30,541 nt of DNA from IMG/VR virus record IMGVR_UViG_3300049982_000071, positions 1-30,541 of that record; one strand, written 5' to 3'. Numbering within the stretch: the first letter of the stretch is position 1; each line of letters begins with the position of its first letter. Positions 1 through 7,118 of this stretch are shown here, one piece after another. The position numbers and the translations under genes are program-made. The notes beneath the pieces were generated by a model. That model searched no databases. It saw nothing but the letters and a program-made list of their open reading frames with translations, and was not told where the DNA came from. This DNA is from a virus (taxonomy: Duplodnaviria; Caudoviricetes).

Positions 1-71
1 CCCACGGAGAGACGGTCAGCGGAGCACCCGCTGACCAGTTCGCGGCGTTCCTGAAGCGGCAACTCACGTAA
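1..71 (+). CDS. 3' end of probable capsid scaffolding protein (partial)
   Basis: Frame from base 3 reads HGETVSGAPADQFAAFLKRQLT* with TAA at 69-71. It lies directly upstream of the capsid gene and has the amphipathic C-terminus typical of actinophage scaffolds. Confidence 0.6.
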   Translation, partial: HGETVSGAPADQFAAFLKRQLT

Positions 72-84
72 GCGGAGAAAACTC

Positions 85-1332
85 ATGCCCGTTCAGCTGA
101 ATGCTGTCAACAGCACGCTGCTCCCCCCGACCATCACCGGTCCGATCTTCGCGAAGGCCACCGAGCAGTCGGCGGTCATGTCGCTGGCCCGGAAGGTGCC
201 GCTGTCGGTGACCGCGAACACCGCGATCCCCGTCCCGATGGACGTCCCTGTGGCCGACTGGGTCGCAGAAGGTGGCGTCAAGCCGGCCGCGCAGGTCGGT
301 GTCGGCGTCAAGATCATGACCGGCAAGAAGGTCGCCCTCCTGGTGCCCGTGTCCGAAGAGGTCGCGAACACCAACCCGGCCGGCCTGTACGACCTGATGC
401 AGCAGGACCTGCCGACCGCGATCGCCCGCGCGTTCGACTATGCCGCGATCAACGGCAAGTCGATGCGCACCGGTGCCGCCGGCCCGTTCCCGGACTACCT
501 GGCACTCGCCACGTCGACCGCGGCGCTCGGCACCACCGCGAACTCCGCCGGTGGTCTGTACGTCGACATCGTCACCGGTGCCGGCAAGGTCGTGGACAAG
601 AACTACGACTTCACCGGTATCGCCGCCGACCCGCGGCTCAAGATCGACGCGCAGCTGCAGGTCGACACGCAGGGCCGCCCGCTGTACACGGACTCGATGA
701 ACAACGCCGGCACGAGCGGTGGCAACATCGCCGGGTTCCCGGCCTACTTCAACAAGGGCGTGTCCGGCAAGTACTGGCGTGCCGGTGACGCGACCCAGGT
801 CGTGACCATCGTCGGCACCCCGACCGGCGGCACGTTCCTGCTGATGTCTGGCGGCAACTCGGCGGCGATCGCGTTCAACGCCGCCGCTGCGACGGTGCAG
901 ACCGCGATCCAGGCGTGGGGCGGCATCTACTCCAGCGTCACGGTCTCCGGTTCCGCCGGTGGCCCGTACACGATCACGTTCCCGACCCAGGGTGCCAACG
1001 TCACCGGCGCGGCTGCTCCGTTCGCCGTGAACCAGACCGCTCTGACCGGTGGCACGGCGGCCACGTCGAAGGCCACCGTCGCCGCGACCGGCGCCGGTGG
1101 TGTCGACACCAACCTGCGTGGCATCGGCGGCGACTGGTCGCAGGCCGCGTACGGCGTCGGCATGGACATCTCCGTGCGGCTGTCGAAGGAGGCGTCGTAC
1201 TTCGACGGCACCACCTGGCACTCCGCGTTCCAGGAGAACCTGGTGCTGCTCCTGGTCGAGGCCTACTACGGCTTCGTGATGGGTTCGCCGGATGCGTTCG
1301 TGTCGTACACCAAGGGCACCGCGCCGTTCTGA
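85..1332 (+). CDS. Major capsid protein, HK97 fold, with an internal beta-rich insertion
   Basis: RBS GGAG. Motifs LLPPTITGPIF, ADWVAEGGVKP, KKVALLVPVSEE, AIARAFDYAAING, GDWSQ and FQENLVLLLVEAYYGF match actinophage capsid proteins. Confidence 0.95.
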   Translation: MPVQLNAVNSTLLPPTITGPIFAKATEQSAVMSLARKVPLSVTANTAIPVPMDVPVADWVAEGGVKPAAQVGVGVKIMTGKKVALLVPVSEEVANTNPAGLYDLMQQDLPTAIARAFDYAAINGKSMRTGAAGPFPDYLALATSTAALGTTANSAGGLYVDIVTGAGKVVDKNYDFTGIAADPRLKIDAQLQVDTQGRPLYTDSMNNAGTSGGNIAGFPAYFNKGVSGKYWRAGDATQVVTIVGTPTGGTFLLMSGGNSAAIAFNAAAATVQTAIQAWGGIYSSVTVSGSAGGPYTITFPTQGANVTGAAAPFAVNQTALTGGTAATSKATVAATGAGGVDTNLRGIGGDWSQAAYGVGMDISVRLSKEASYFDGTTWHSAFQENLVLLLVEAYYGFVMGSPDAFVSYTKGTAPF

Positions 1333-1361
1333 TCCGCCGTTCCACAGGAAGGACGTGAGCT

Positions 1362-1760
1362 ATGGCCGACATCGCTACCTTGGCGGAGTTTGCGTCCTTC
1401 CTGCAGGAGGATCTGGACACAGCTACCGCGAACCTGGTCCTGCTCGACCTCGCACAGGGCCAGATCGTGGACGAGATCGGGGCCCGGAACCCGTGGCCGG
1501 CCACTGCGAAGGCGGTGGCGTTGTCCGCGGCGAAGCGGGCCTACGTCAACCCCGACGGGGCCTCGACGGAGACGGTAGGCGGCACCACTACCGCCTATAC
1601 CGACGGGAACATGGGCGTCTTCCTCACCGAGGAGGAACGCGCCCGGCTGCAGCGTGTGGGCGGTGGCGGTACTGCCGCCTACAGCATCAACCCGTCGTAC
1701 GAGACGCCACCGTGGTACGGGACTGGGCTGCTCGGAATCAGCCAATCAGCCTTGTTCTAA
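1362..1760 (+). CDS. Head-to-tail adaptor
   Basis: Follows the capsid gene. AVALSAAKRAYVNPDGASTETVG...GVFLTEEERARL is the typical actinophage adaptor pattern. RBS GGAAGGA. Confidence 0.85.
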   Translation: MADIATLAEFASFLQEDLDTATANLVLLDLAQGQIVDEIGARNPWPATAKAVALSAAKRAYVNPDGASTETVGGTTTAYTDGNMGVFLTEEERARLQRVGGGGTAAYSINPSYETPPWYGTGLLGISQSALF

Positions 1761-1799
1761 ACCTGTCCATCCTGGGGATTCACGTAAGGCACGATCCCC

Positions 1800-2255
1800 A
1801 TGGGTCTTCTCGCGGCCACTGCCTACGACCCGGCAGTAGCGGTCAGCAAAGCCACCACCGCGGCTCTGGCGATGACAGCGCTGGACACAACGAACCTGCG
1901 GCTGGCGTTCACCGTCCCGTCTGCCGGACGAGTCCTCGTCCGGTTGCAGGGGACTCTGCACGGTGCGGCGACGTTCCCGCAGATCCTGCTCGGCGTGCTC
2001 GAAGGGGCGACCGTGCGTGGCCGGGTTTCACCGACTGGCATGGTGAACGGCAACCTCGCGGCGACCACGTTCCTGACGGTCGAAGCGCAGTACACCGTCT
2101 CCGGTCTGACTCCGGCCGCCAATCTCACCTGGGACGCGGCGTACGGGGTGGAGACGCTGGTTGCGTCGACAGGTTTGAAATACGGCGGTCCAAATGACGC
2201 CACGGCCAACAATGCGTGGGGAGCGTTCCTCTTCGAGGTCTGGGATCCCAGCTAA
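1800..2255 (+). CDS. Beta-rich putative virion protein (fibre module gene 1)
   Basis: 151 aa, Ala/Thr/Gly-rich, in the structural operon. TAATG overlap with the next gene. Confidence 0.6.
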   Translation: MGLLAATAYDPAVAVSKATTAALAMTALDTTNLRLAFTVPSAGRVLVRLQGTLHGAATFPQILLGVLEGATVRGRVSPTGMVNGNLAATTFLTVEAQYTVSGLTPAANLTWDAAYGVETLVASTGLKYGGPNDATANNAWGAFLFEVWDPS

Positions 2256-3868
2256 TGCCCGGGGTTCTGCCTACCCCACTGCTGACAAGCGATGGGGGTG
2301 TTCCCGTGGGGTTCCGGTCCTCATCCAGTCTCGTCGGCGCATCCGCAGCGAACGCCGCTATACCCGTCCCAACCGGCGCGGCGATCGGGGATATCGCGGT
2401 CGTCGGCATCTACATGGAGTCGGCGGCAACGGTCACACCTCCGGCCGGGTTCACGCTCAAGGCAAGCCTGCAAACGTCTGCCACGGCCCGCGGTCGGCTG
2501 GACGTGTTCTGGAAGCGGTTGACGGCGGCCGACACGGGAACATACTCGTTCACCTTCACCAGTACGTTCCGTGCTGCCGCTTGTGGACTGTGGTCGGGGC
2601 GGGTAGCTTCCGGCGACCCGTTCGACGGGACGGTTGGGACTGCCGAGTCGACGACTACGGTCACGACGTTGAACGTTTCCACCAGCCCCACAGGGGTGAA
2701 CGGGGACGCGGTCGGGTTCTGGACGAACTTCAACGGCGGGGCCACCTTCACCGCCCCGACGAACTACACCCAGCGGCAATCGGTGTCGAGCGTCATCGCG
2801 CTGGAAACCCGCGACACGGTGGCATCTGGAAGCACCGGCAACGTCAGCGCGACTTCCTCGATCACCGACTTCATGAAGGCGTTCCTCGGTGTCCTCGCCG
2901 AGGCCAGCAGCGGGGGGAGCGTCTCAGCCGACGCGGCGCTATCCGGAACCGGAACCCTGGCCGCGACCGCTACCGGTGCGAAGCCCTCCGATGCAGCACT
3001 GGCCGGTACGGCGACGGCGACAGCCGTCGCTGCCGGGTCCAAGGCCGTCGACGCTGCCCTCTTGGGAACGGGCACGCTCACCACATCCGCGACACCGTCG
3101 AGAATCGCCGACGCTGCACTGGCTGGCACGGGCACACTCTCAACCTCGGCATCCACAGACAAGCCAGTAGCCGCCACCGCTACCGCTACTGGAACACTGG
3201 CAGCCACAGCGACCGGCGCCAAGCCCGTAGATGCGGCCCTCGCAGGCAATGGAACCCTGACGTCGACAGCCGCCTCGAGCAAGACGGTTGCGGCCACACT
3301 GTCCGCCACCGGCACCCTGACGGCATCGGCAACAGTCACCAGTTCCAATGGTGTCGACGCGGCACTCGCAGGCACCGGAACGCTCACCGCTACGGCGACC
3401 GGGACAAAGCCGGGCAACGCGGCACTCAGCGGGACCGGCACCCTGACGGCTACTGCTGCAGCCGACAAGGCCGCCTCTGGGGCTCTCGCGGGGACCGGGG
3501 TACTCACGGGCACCGCGACCCCCACAAGGGTCGCTGCGGGCAGCCTCGCGGCAACGGGAACGCTCACAGCATCTGCCGCGGTCACCACACCCGGCGGCAC
3601 TGTGACAGCGGCCCTCAACGGCACCGGAAACCTCACATCCACCGCACTGTCGGCCAAGCCGTCCGCAGCGGCACTGAACGGTACCGCGACGGCAACAGCG
3701 CAGATCGTCGTCTCCAGGTCGGTCAGCGGTGTCCTCGTCGGCACCGGGTCTCTCGTCGCCTCCGCAGACACTGCCGGCCAGGTCACGATCCGCCCGTACA
3801 CGGGCACGACAGCGCGCCCGACAGGCAGAACACCCCGGCCCTACGCCGGAACCACCAATCGACCTTAG
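2255..3868 (+). CDS. Repeat-containing fibre-like virion protein (537 aa)
   Basis: ATG at 2255 overlaps the upstream TAA. N-terminal beta-rich domain, then 14 repeats of about 20 aa (DAALAGTGTLTATA), then a C-terminal (T-x-RP)x4 tail. Confidence 0.7.
   Translation: MPGVLPTPLLTSDGGVPVGFRSSSSLVGASAANAAIPVPTGAAIGDIAVVGIYMESAATVTPPAGFTLKASLQTSATARGRLDVFWKRLTAADTGTYSFTFTSTFRAAACGLWSGRVASGDPFDGTVGTAESTTTVTTLNVSTSPTGVNGDAVGFWTNFNGGATFTAPTNYTQRQSVSSVIALETRDTVASGSTGNVSATSSITDFMKAFLGVLAEASSGGSVSADAALSGTGTLAATATGAKPSDAALAGTATATAVAAGSKAVDAALLGTGTLTTSATPSRIADAALAGTGTLSTSASTDKPVAATATATGTLAATATGAKPVDAALAGNGTLTSTAASSKTVAATLSATGTLTASATVTSSNGVDAALAGTGTLTATATGTKPGNAALSGTGTLTATAAADKAASGALAGTGVLTGTATPTRVAAGSLAATGTLTASAAVTTPGGTVTAALNGTGNLTSTALSAKPSAAALNGTATATAQIVVSRSVSGVLVGTGSLVASADTAGQVTIRPYTGTTARPTGRTPRPYAGTTNRP
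2921..3775 (+). repeat. 14 tandem ~60-bp (20-aa) coding repeats
   Basis: VSADAALSGTGTLAATATGA / KPSDAALAGTATATAVAAGS / KAVDAALLGTGTLTTSATPS and so on. Twelve units are 20 aa, one is 22 aa and one is 23 aa. Confidence 0.9.
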
Positions 3869-3876
3869 GAGCCACC

Positions 3877-3984
3877 GTGCCGGAAACCCTCCAACTGCAG
3901 GTGACCGTCACGGCTGAGGCCGAGGTCACCAAAGCAGCAGACATCGAAGCCGCCAAGTCGGAAGAGAACGAGGATGAGCGATGA
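3877..3984 (+). CDS. 35-aa peptide MPETLQLQVTVTAEAEVTKAADIEAAKSEENEDER
   Basis: RBS AGGAG at 3867-3871, GTG at 3877, ATGA overlap with the next gene. It exactly fills the gap between its neighbours. Confidence 0.7.
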   Translation: MPETLQLQVTVTAEAEVTKAADIEAAKSEENEDER

Positions 3985-4376
3985 CCGTTGGATTCGCAGC
4001 CACCACCCTGGCGAACAAGTGGCTCGATATGCTGGCCGGTACCGCGTTCACCGCACCGACGAACACGTTCGTGAAGCTGCACACCGCCGACCCCGGCGCT
4101 GCGGGTACCACAGCCGCCTCGTCGGTGACGACGCGCCCACAGATCACCTGGTCGGCTGCTTCGGCGGGGTCGAAGGCAATCACCACCACCCTGCCAGCAT
4201 GGACTTCGTGGGCGGGTACGAACGGTGAGGTCGTCACCCACATCTCAGTCTGGGACGCTTCGACAGCAGGCAACTTCCTGTTCTCGGTGGCGCTCACCGC
4301 GTCGAAGACGGTGAACACGGGCGACACGCTCACGCTCTCGACGCTGACCGTCAGTCTGTCTCCGATCGCGGCCTGA
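3981..4376 (+). CDS. Small fibre-subunit-like virion protein (LHTADPG family)
   Basis: KLHTADPG...VTHISVWDASTAGNFLFSVALTASKTVNTGDTL is a widespread phage family usually annotated as minor tail/tail fibre protein. Confidence 0.75.
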   Translation: MTVGFAATTLANKWLDMLAGTAFTAPTNTFVKLHTADPGAAGTTAASSVTTRPQITWSAASAGSKAITTTLPAWTSWAGTNGEVVTHISVWDASTAGNFLFSVALTASKTVNTGDTLTLSTLTVSLSPIAA

Positions 4377-4379
4377 TCC

Positions 4380-4724
4380 ATGCGTCTCCGCGACACGGTC
4401 ACCCGGTTGCGGGCTCCGAACACCACGGGACCTGACGGTGCGACGATCCCCGGCGACTGGGCGAACGTTACCGAGGGCCAACTCTTGAAGGTGGACTACC
4501 CGGCAGAGTTCCAGCCGCTCGGCTCCACCGAGGACGTCGTTGCGCAGCAGCGCACCGAATCCACTCACAAGGTCTTCATGCCAGCAGGCGCGGACGTTCT
4601 CCCGACTGACCGGATCCGCTACCTCGGCATCGACTACCAGGTGGATGGGCAACCGGAAGCCTGGGGCCGCGGTGGACGGCAGCATCATCTGGAAGTGTTG
4701 GTCTTTAGGGTCTCCGGGGGGTAG
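4380..4724 (+). CDS. Head-to-tail stopper (SPP1 gp16-like)
   Basis: DTVTRLRA...FQPLGSTE...ADVLPTDRI...YQVDGQP...HHLEV pattern and position. Confidence 0.85.
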   Translation: MRLRDTVTRLRAPNTTGPDGATIPGDWANVTEGQLLKVDYPAEFQPLGSTEDVVAQQRTESTHKVFMPAGADVLPTDRIRYLGIDYQVDGQPEAWGRGGRQHHLEVLVFRVSGG

Positions 4725-4726
4725 GC

Positions 4727-5146
4727 GTGTCGACTCCGGTACTGCCGAACCCGAAGGTCATAGCCCGCACCGCGCTACTAGCGCAGGCGCCGTTGACGGC
4801 CCTCGTGGCGCAGCGGATCTACTACGCCATCCCGGCCCCTGTGGGCGGTGTAGAGCCGACGTACCCGCTGATCGTCCTGTCCATCGTGGACAGCGACGAA
4901 CTGCGCCCAGAGACCCTCACGGCCCGCGTACAGGCAGACATCTGGGGCAAGGGCAACGGCACCCAGGACGGCCTGGACGCCGAAGCGATCGCGGCAGTCC
5001 TTCGGTCCGTCGCGCGCAACCTCGTCGGCACCTGGACGGGCGGAACCATCGGAAACGCCGTCGCCGGCCAAGCCGTCCCGCAACCGGACTCCACCACCGG
5101 CCGGGTCAGAACGATCGTCGACATCCAACTCGAAGTGAATCAGTGA
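4727..5146 (+). CDS. Tail terminator (SPP1 gp17-like)
   Basis: LTALVAQRIY...PTYPLIVL...RVQADIWG...DSTTGRVR pattern. Confidence 0.8.
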   Translation: MSTPVLPNPKVIARTALLAQAPLTALVAQRIYYAIPAPVGGVEPTYPLIVLSIVDSDELRPETLTARVQADIWGKGNGTQDGLDAEAIAAVLRSVARNLVGTWTGGTIGNAVAGQAVPQPDSTTGRVRTIVDIQLEVNQ

Positions 5147-5157
5147 AGGAGCCCATC

Positions 5158-5418
5158 GTGGCCGACACCAAGCAGGACCCGCCGACCGTCGCCGAGGCCG
5201 TCACCGAGGAGCTCGCCGACCAGATCCTGGCGCAGCAGAAGGAGTACAGCCAGTACGTCGCGAAGGACAAGATCTTCGCCCCGAACGGCGCTCTGGCCTA
5301 CAACAAGGGCGACGCCGTGCCCGCCAGCAATGTGAGCAAGCTGAAGTACGACGAGCTCGGCTGGGTCGTCAAGACCGGCAGCAAGGAACACGCCGCGATC
5401 ATCGCCGAACTGGGCTGA
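5158..5418 (+). CDS. Hypothetical protein (86 aa)
   Basis: RBS AAGGAG, GTG at 5158, phage-like codon usage, TGATG overlap with the next gene. Confidence 0.75.
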   Translation: MADTKQDPPTVAEAVTEELADQILAQQKEYSQYVAKDKIFAPNGALAYNKGDAVPASNVSKLKYDELGWVVKTGSKEHAAIIAELG

Positions 5419-5735
5419 TGAGGATCGGCCAGTTCCGCCCCGAGGTGCTGGCCGCGGTGTCCCAGGCACCCTCGGTGAAGAAGCAGGTCCGCGCTGTGGC
5501 CGCCGAGATCCGCAAGATCGCCCGCCAGAAAGCCGTCAAGCAGACCGGCGCGATGGCCAAGGGGATACAGGTCGAGAACGTGTACGACTCCGACACCGGC
5601 TTGGTCGAGTACCACGTGGGCTGGTCCAAGAAGACCGCCTGGTATGGCCCTCTCGTCGAGCTCGGCACCCAGGACACACCGGCGAGACCGCACCTGCGGC
5701 CCGCCGCTGACGAGATCAACAACCGCCGCTCCTAG
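5418..5735 (+). CDS. HK97 gp10-like tail completion/neck protein
   Basis: KQTGAMAKGI...WYGPLVELGTQDTPARPHLRPA signature. Confidence 0.85.
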   Translation: MRIGQFRPEVLAAVSQAPSVKKQVRAVAAEIRKIARQKAVKQTGAMAKGIQVENVYDSDTGLVEYHVGWSKKTAWYGPLVELGTQDTPARPHLRPAADEINNRRS

Positions 5736-5773
5736 CGGCTCTCCCACCACGACGCCCTTAGGAGGGCCGTTAC

Positions 5774-6367
5774 ATGCCTGGTTCCACCGCAGTTCCCGTG
5801 CTCCTCACCGACCCGGGCTACCTGTTCGTCGCGCCGCTGCTCAGCACGGAGCCGACCAACACGGTCGCCGGGTCGATCTTCACCGACGCCTGGCCGGCTG
5901 CCTGGATCTCCGCCGGCGCCACGAAGGAAGGCTCGAACTTCACCTACGGGTCGAAGGTGGAGCCGATCTCGGTCGCGGAGTTCTTCGACCCGATCAAGTA
6001 CTCCACCACGGAGCGCTCCGGATCGATGGCGTTCGCGATGGCAAGCGTGACCCTGCACAACATCAAGCGCGCCCTGAACGGCGGCGTCGGCACCATCACC
6101 CCGATCTCGGGTACTGGCGCTACGGCGCTGGCGAAGTTCGAGCCCGTTGCCCCCGGCAGCGAGGTGCGGATCATGCTCGGCTGGGAGTCGACCGATGGCA
6201 CCACCCGCATCGTGATCCGCCAGGCCATCCAGGGCGGCGACATGTCGATGGAGTTCCAGAAGGCCCCGGCGTTCGCGGTTCTGCCCGCCACCTTCAACTT
6301 CGAGGTCCCGGCTGCTCTGGCTGTGTTCTCGGTCTACTCCGCCGGCGCGGCCCGGCTCGGTGCCTGA
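5774..6367 (+). CDS. Major tail (tube) protein
   Basis: Strong RBS AGGAGG. GYLFVAP...WISAGATKEGSNFTY. Lies before the chaperone and tape measure genes. Confidence 0.9.
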   Translation: MPGSTAVPVLLTDPGYLFVAPLLSTEPTNTVAGSIFTDAWPAAWISAGATKEGSNFTYGSKVEPISVAEFFDPIKYSTTERSGSMAFAMASVTLHNIKRALNGGVGTITPISGTGATALAKFEPVAPGSEVRIMLGWESTDGTTRIVIRQAIQGGDMSMEFQKAPAFAVLPATFNFEVPAALAVFSVYSAGAARLGA

Positions 6368-6918
6368 TGCCGGTCGAGATCGTGGCGGAACTTCCGCCGG
6401 AACCTGAGGTGCGGCGCGTCGAGTTCCTCGGCAAGGAGTTCGCGATCGCGTCCAAGATCGGCCTCATGCCGCTGATGCGGTTCGCGCACGCCGCGAAGTC
6501 CGGTCTGGACTCCGACGACATGGAGGGCATGGCGGCGATGTACGACATGCTCCGCCAGGCCATCGCCGACGAGCCTGTGTTCGTATTCAAGGGCCGCCAG
6601 ATCACCCGTGAAGAGGCCAACGACCTTCCGCCCGAAGCGACTCCCGAGGTGCAGGTGTTCGGCGGCTGGGACGAGTTCGAGGCGCACGCCACACGGGAAC
6701 GTGCCGACGACGCGGCGGAACTGTTCGGCGTGATCCAGAAGGTCATGACGATCCTGTCGCAGCGCCCTACTTCGCGGCCCTCCGACTCCTCGGCTGGGCC
6801 GCCAGCCACCGCTCCTACCTCCGGGGAAGATTCATCCTCGCTCGAGGTGGTGCGCCGCTTGAAGTCCAAGGGTCGCCCGGATCTCGCGATGGCGGTCTAC
6901 CGGCAGCAGACGGGCTGA
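6367..6918 (+). CDS. Tail assembly chaperone (gpG-like, 183 aa)
   Basis: TGATG overlap with the tail tube gene. Acidic and helical, with RPT followed by a Ser/Pro-rich tail. Sits between tail tube and tape measure. Confidence 0.85.
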   Translation: MPVEIVAELPPEPEVRRVEFLGKEFAIASKIGLMPLMRFAHAAKSGLDSDDMEGMAAMYDMLRQAIADEPVFVFKGRQITREEANDLPPEATPEVQVFGGWDEFEAHATRERADDAAELFGVIQKVMTILSQRPTSRPSDSSAGPPATAPTSGEDSSSLEVVRRLKSKGRPDLAMAVYRQQTG

Positions 6919-7118
6919 GCCTCGCTGATCTGTGTGACGTGGTCTACGCGATCCAGATCGAGCACACGCAGGCACTGGAGCTCGCCCTCATCTCTCGTGG
7001 GGGCGAGCTCGTTCCCGGTGAGATGACCGACAAGTTCGACGCGTGGCTCTTGGCTGAACCGGAACCGGTCGACCAGGAGAAGGCTCAACTTCTAGCCGCA
7101 TTGGGGGTCGGACCGTGA
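6765..7118 (+). CDS. Tail assembly chaperone -1 frameshift extension (gpT-like)
   Basis: The -1 frame is open: PYFAALRLLGWAASHRSYLRGRFILA...DGLSLADLCDVVYAIQ...QLLAALGVGP*. It ends in a GTGA overlap with the tape measure start and has no good start of its own. Confidence 0.7.
   Translation, partial: PYFAALRLLGWAASHRSYLRGRFILARGGAPLEVQGSPGSRDGGLPAADGLSLADLCDVVYAIQIEHTQALELALISRGGELVPGEMTDKFDAWLLAEPEPVDQEKAQLLAALGVGP

Noticed and set aside
64-1221. Long antisense ORFs (64-1221, 7121-9580, 2764-3807, 10565-11686, 22824-23894)
   Set aside because: Shadow frames of real high-GC genes, with no RBS or recognisable motifs of their own.
2921-3775. CRISPR array or non-coding tandem repeat
   Set aside because: The repeats are degenerate at synonymous positions and in frame, with no spacer structure and no cas genes.
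2194-3984. 596-aa + ORF overlapping the repeat protein
   Set aside because: Arg/His-rich off-frame translation. Only the last 35 codons (from GTG 3877 with RBS) look real.
6822-6829. CGGGGAAG as a classical GGGAAA-type slippery site
   Set aside because: It is phased C-GGG-GAA, which does not fit X-XXY-YYZ, and the -1 frame already looks coding upstream of it.
5644-6918. 424-aa ORF spanning the tail tube and chaperone
   Set aside because: The N-terminal part is an off-frame read of the tail tube gene. The real start is ATG 6367.
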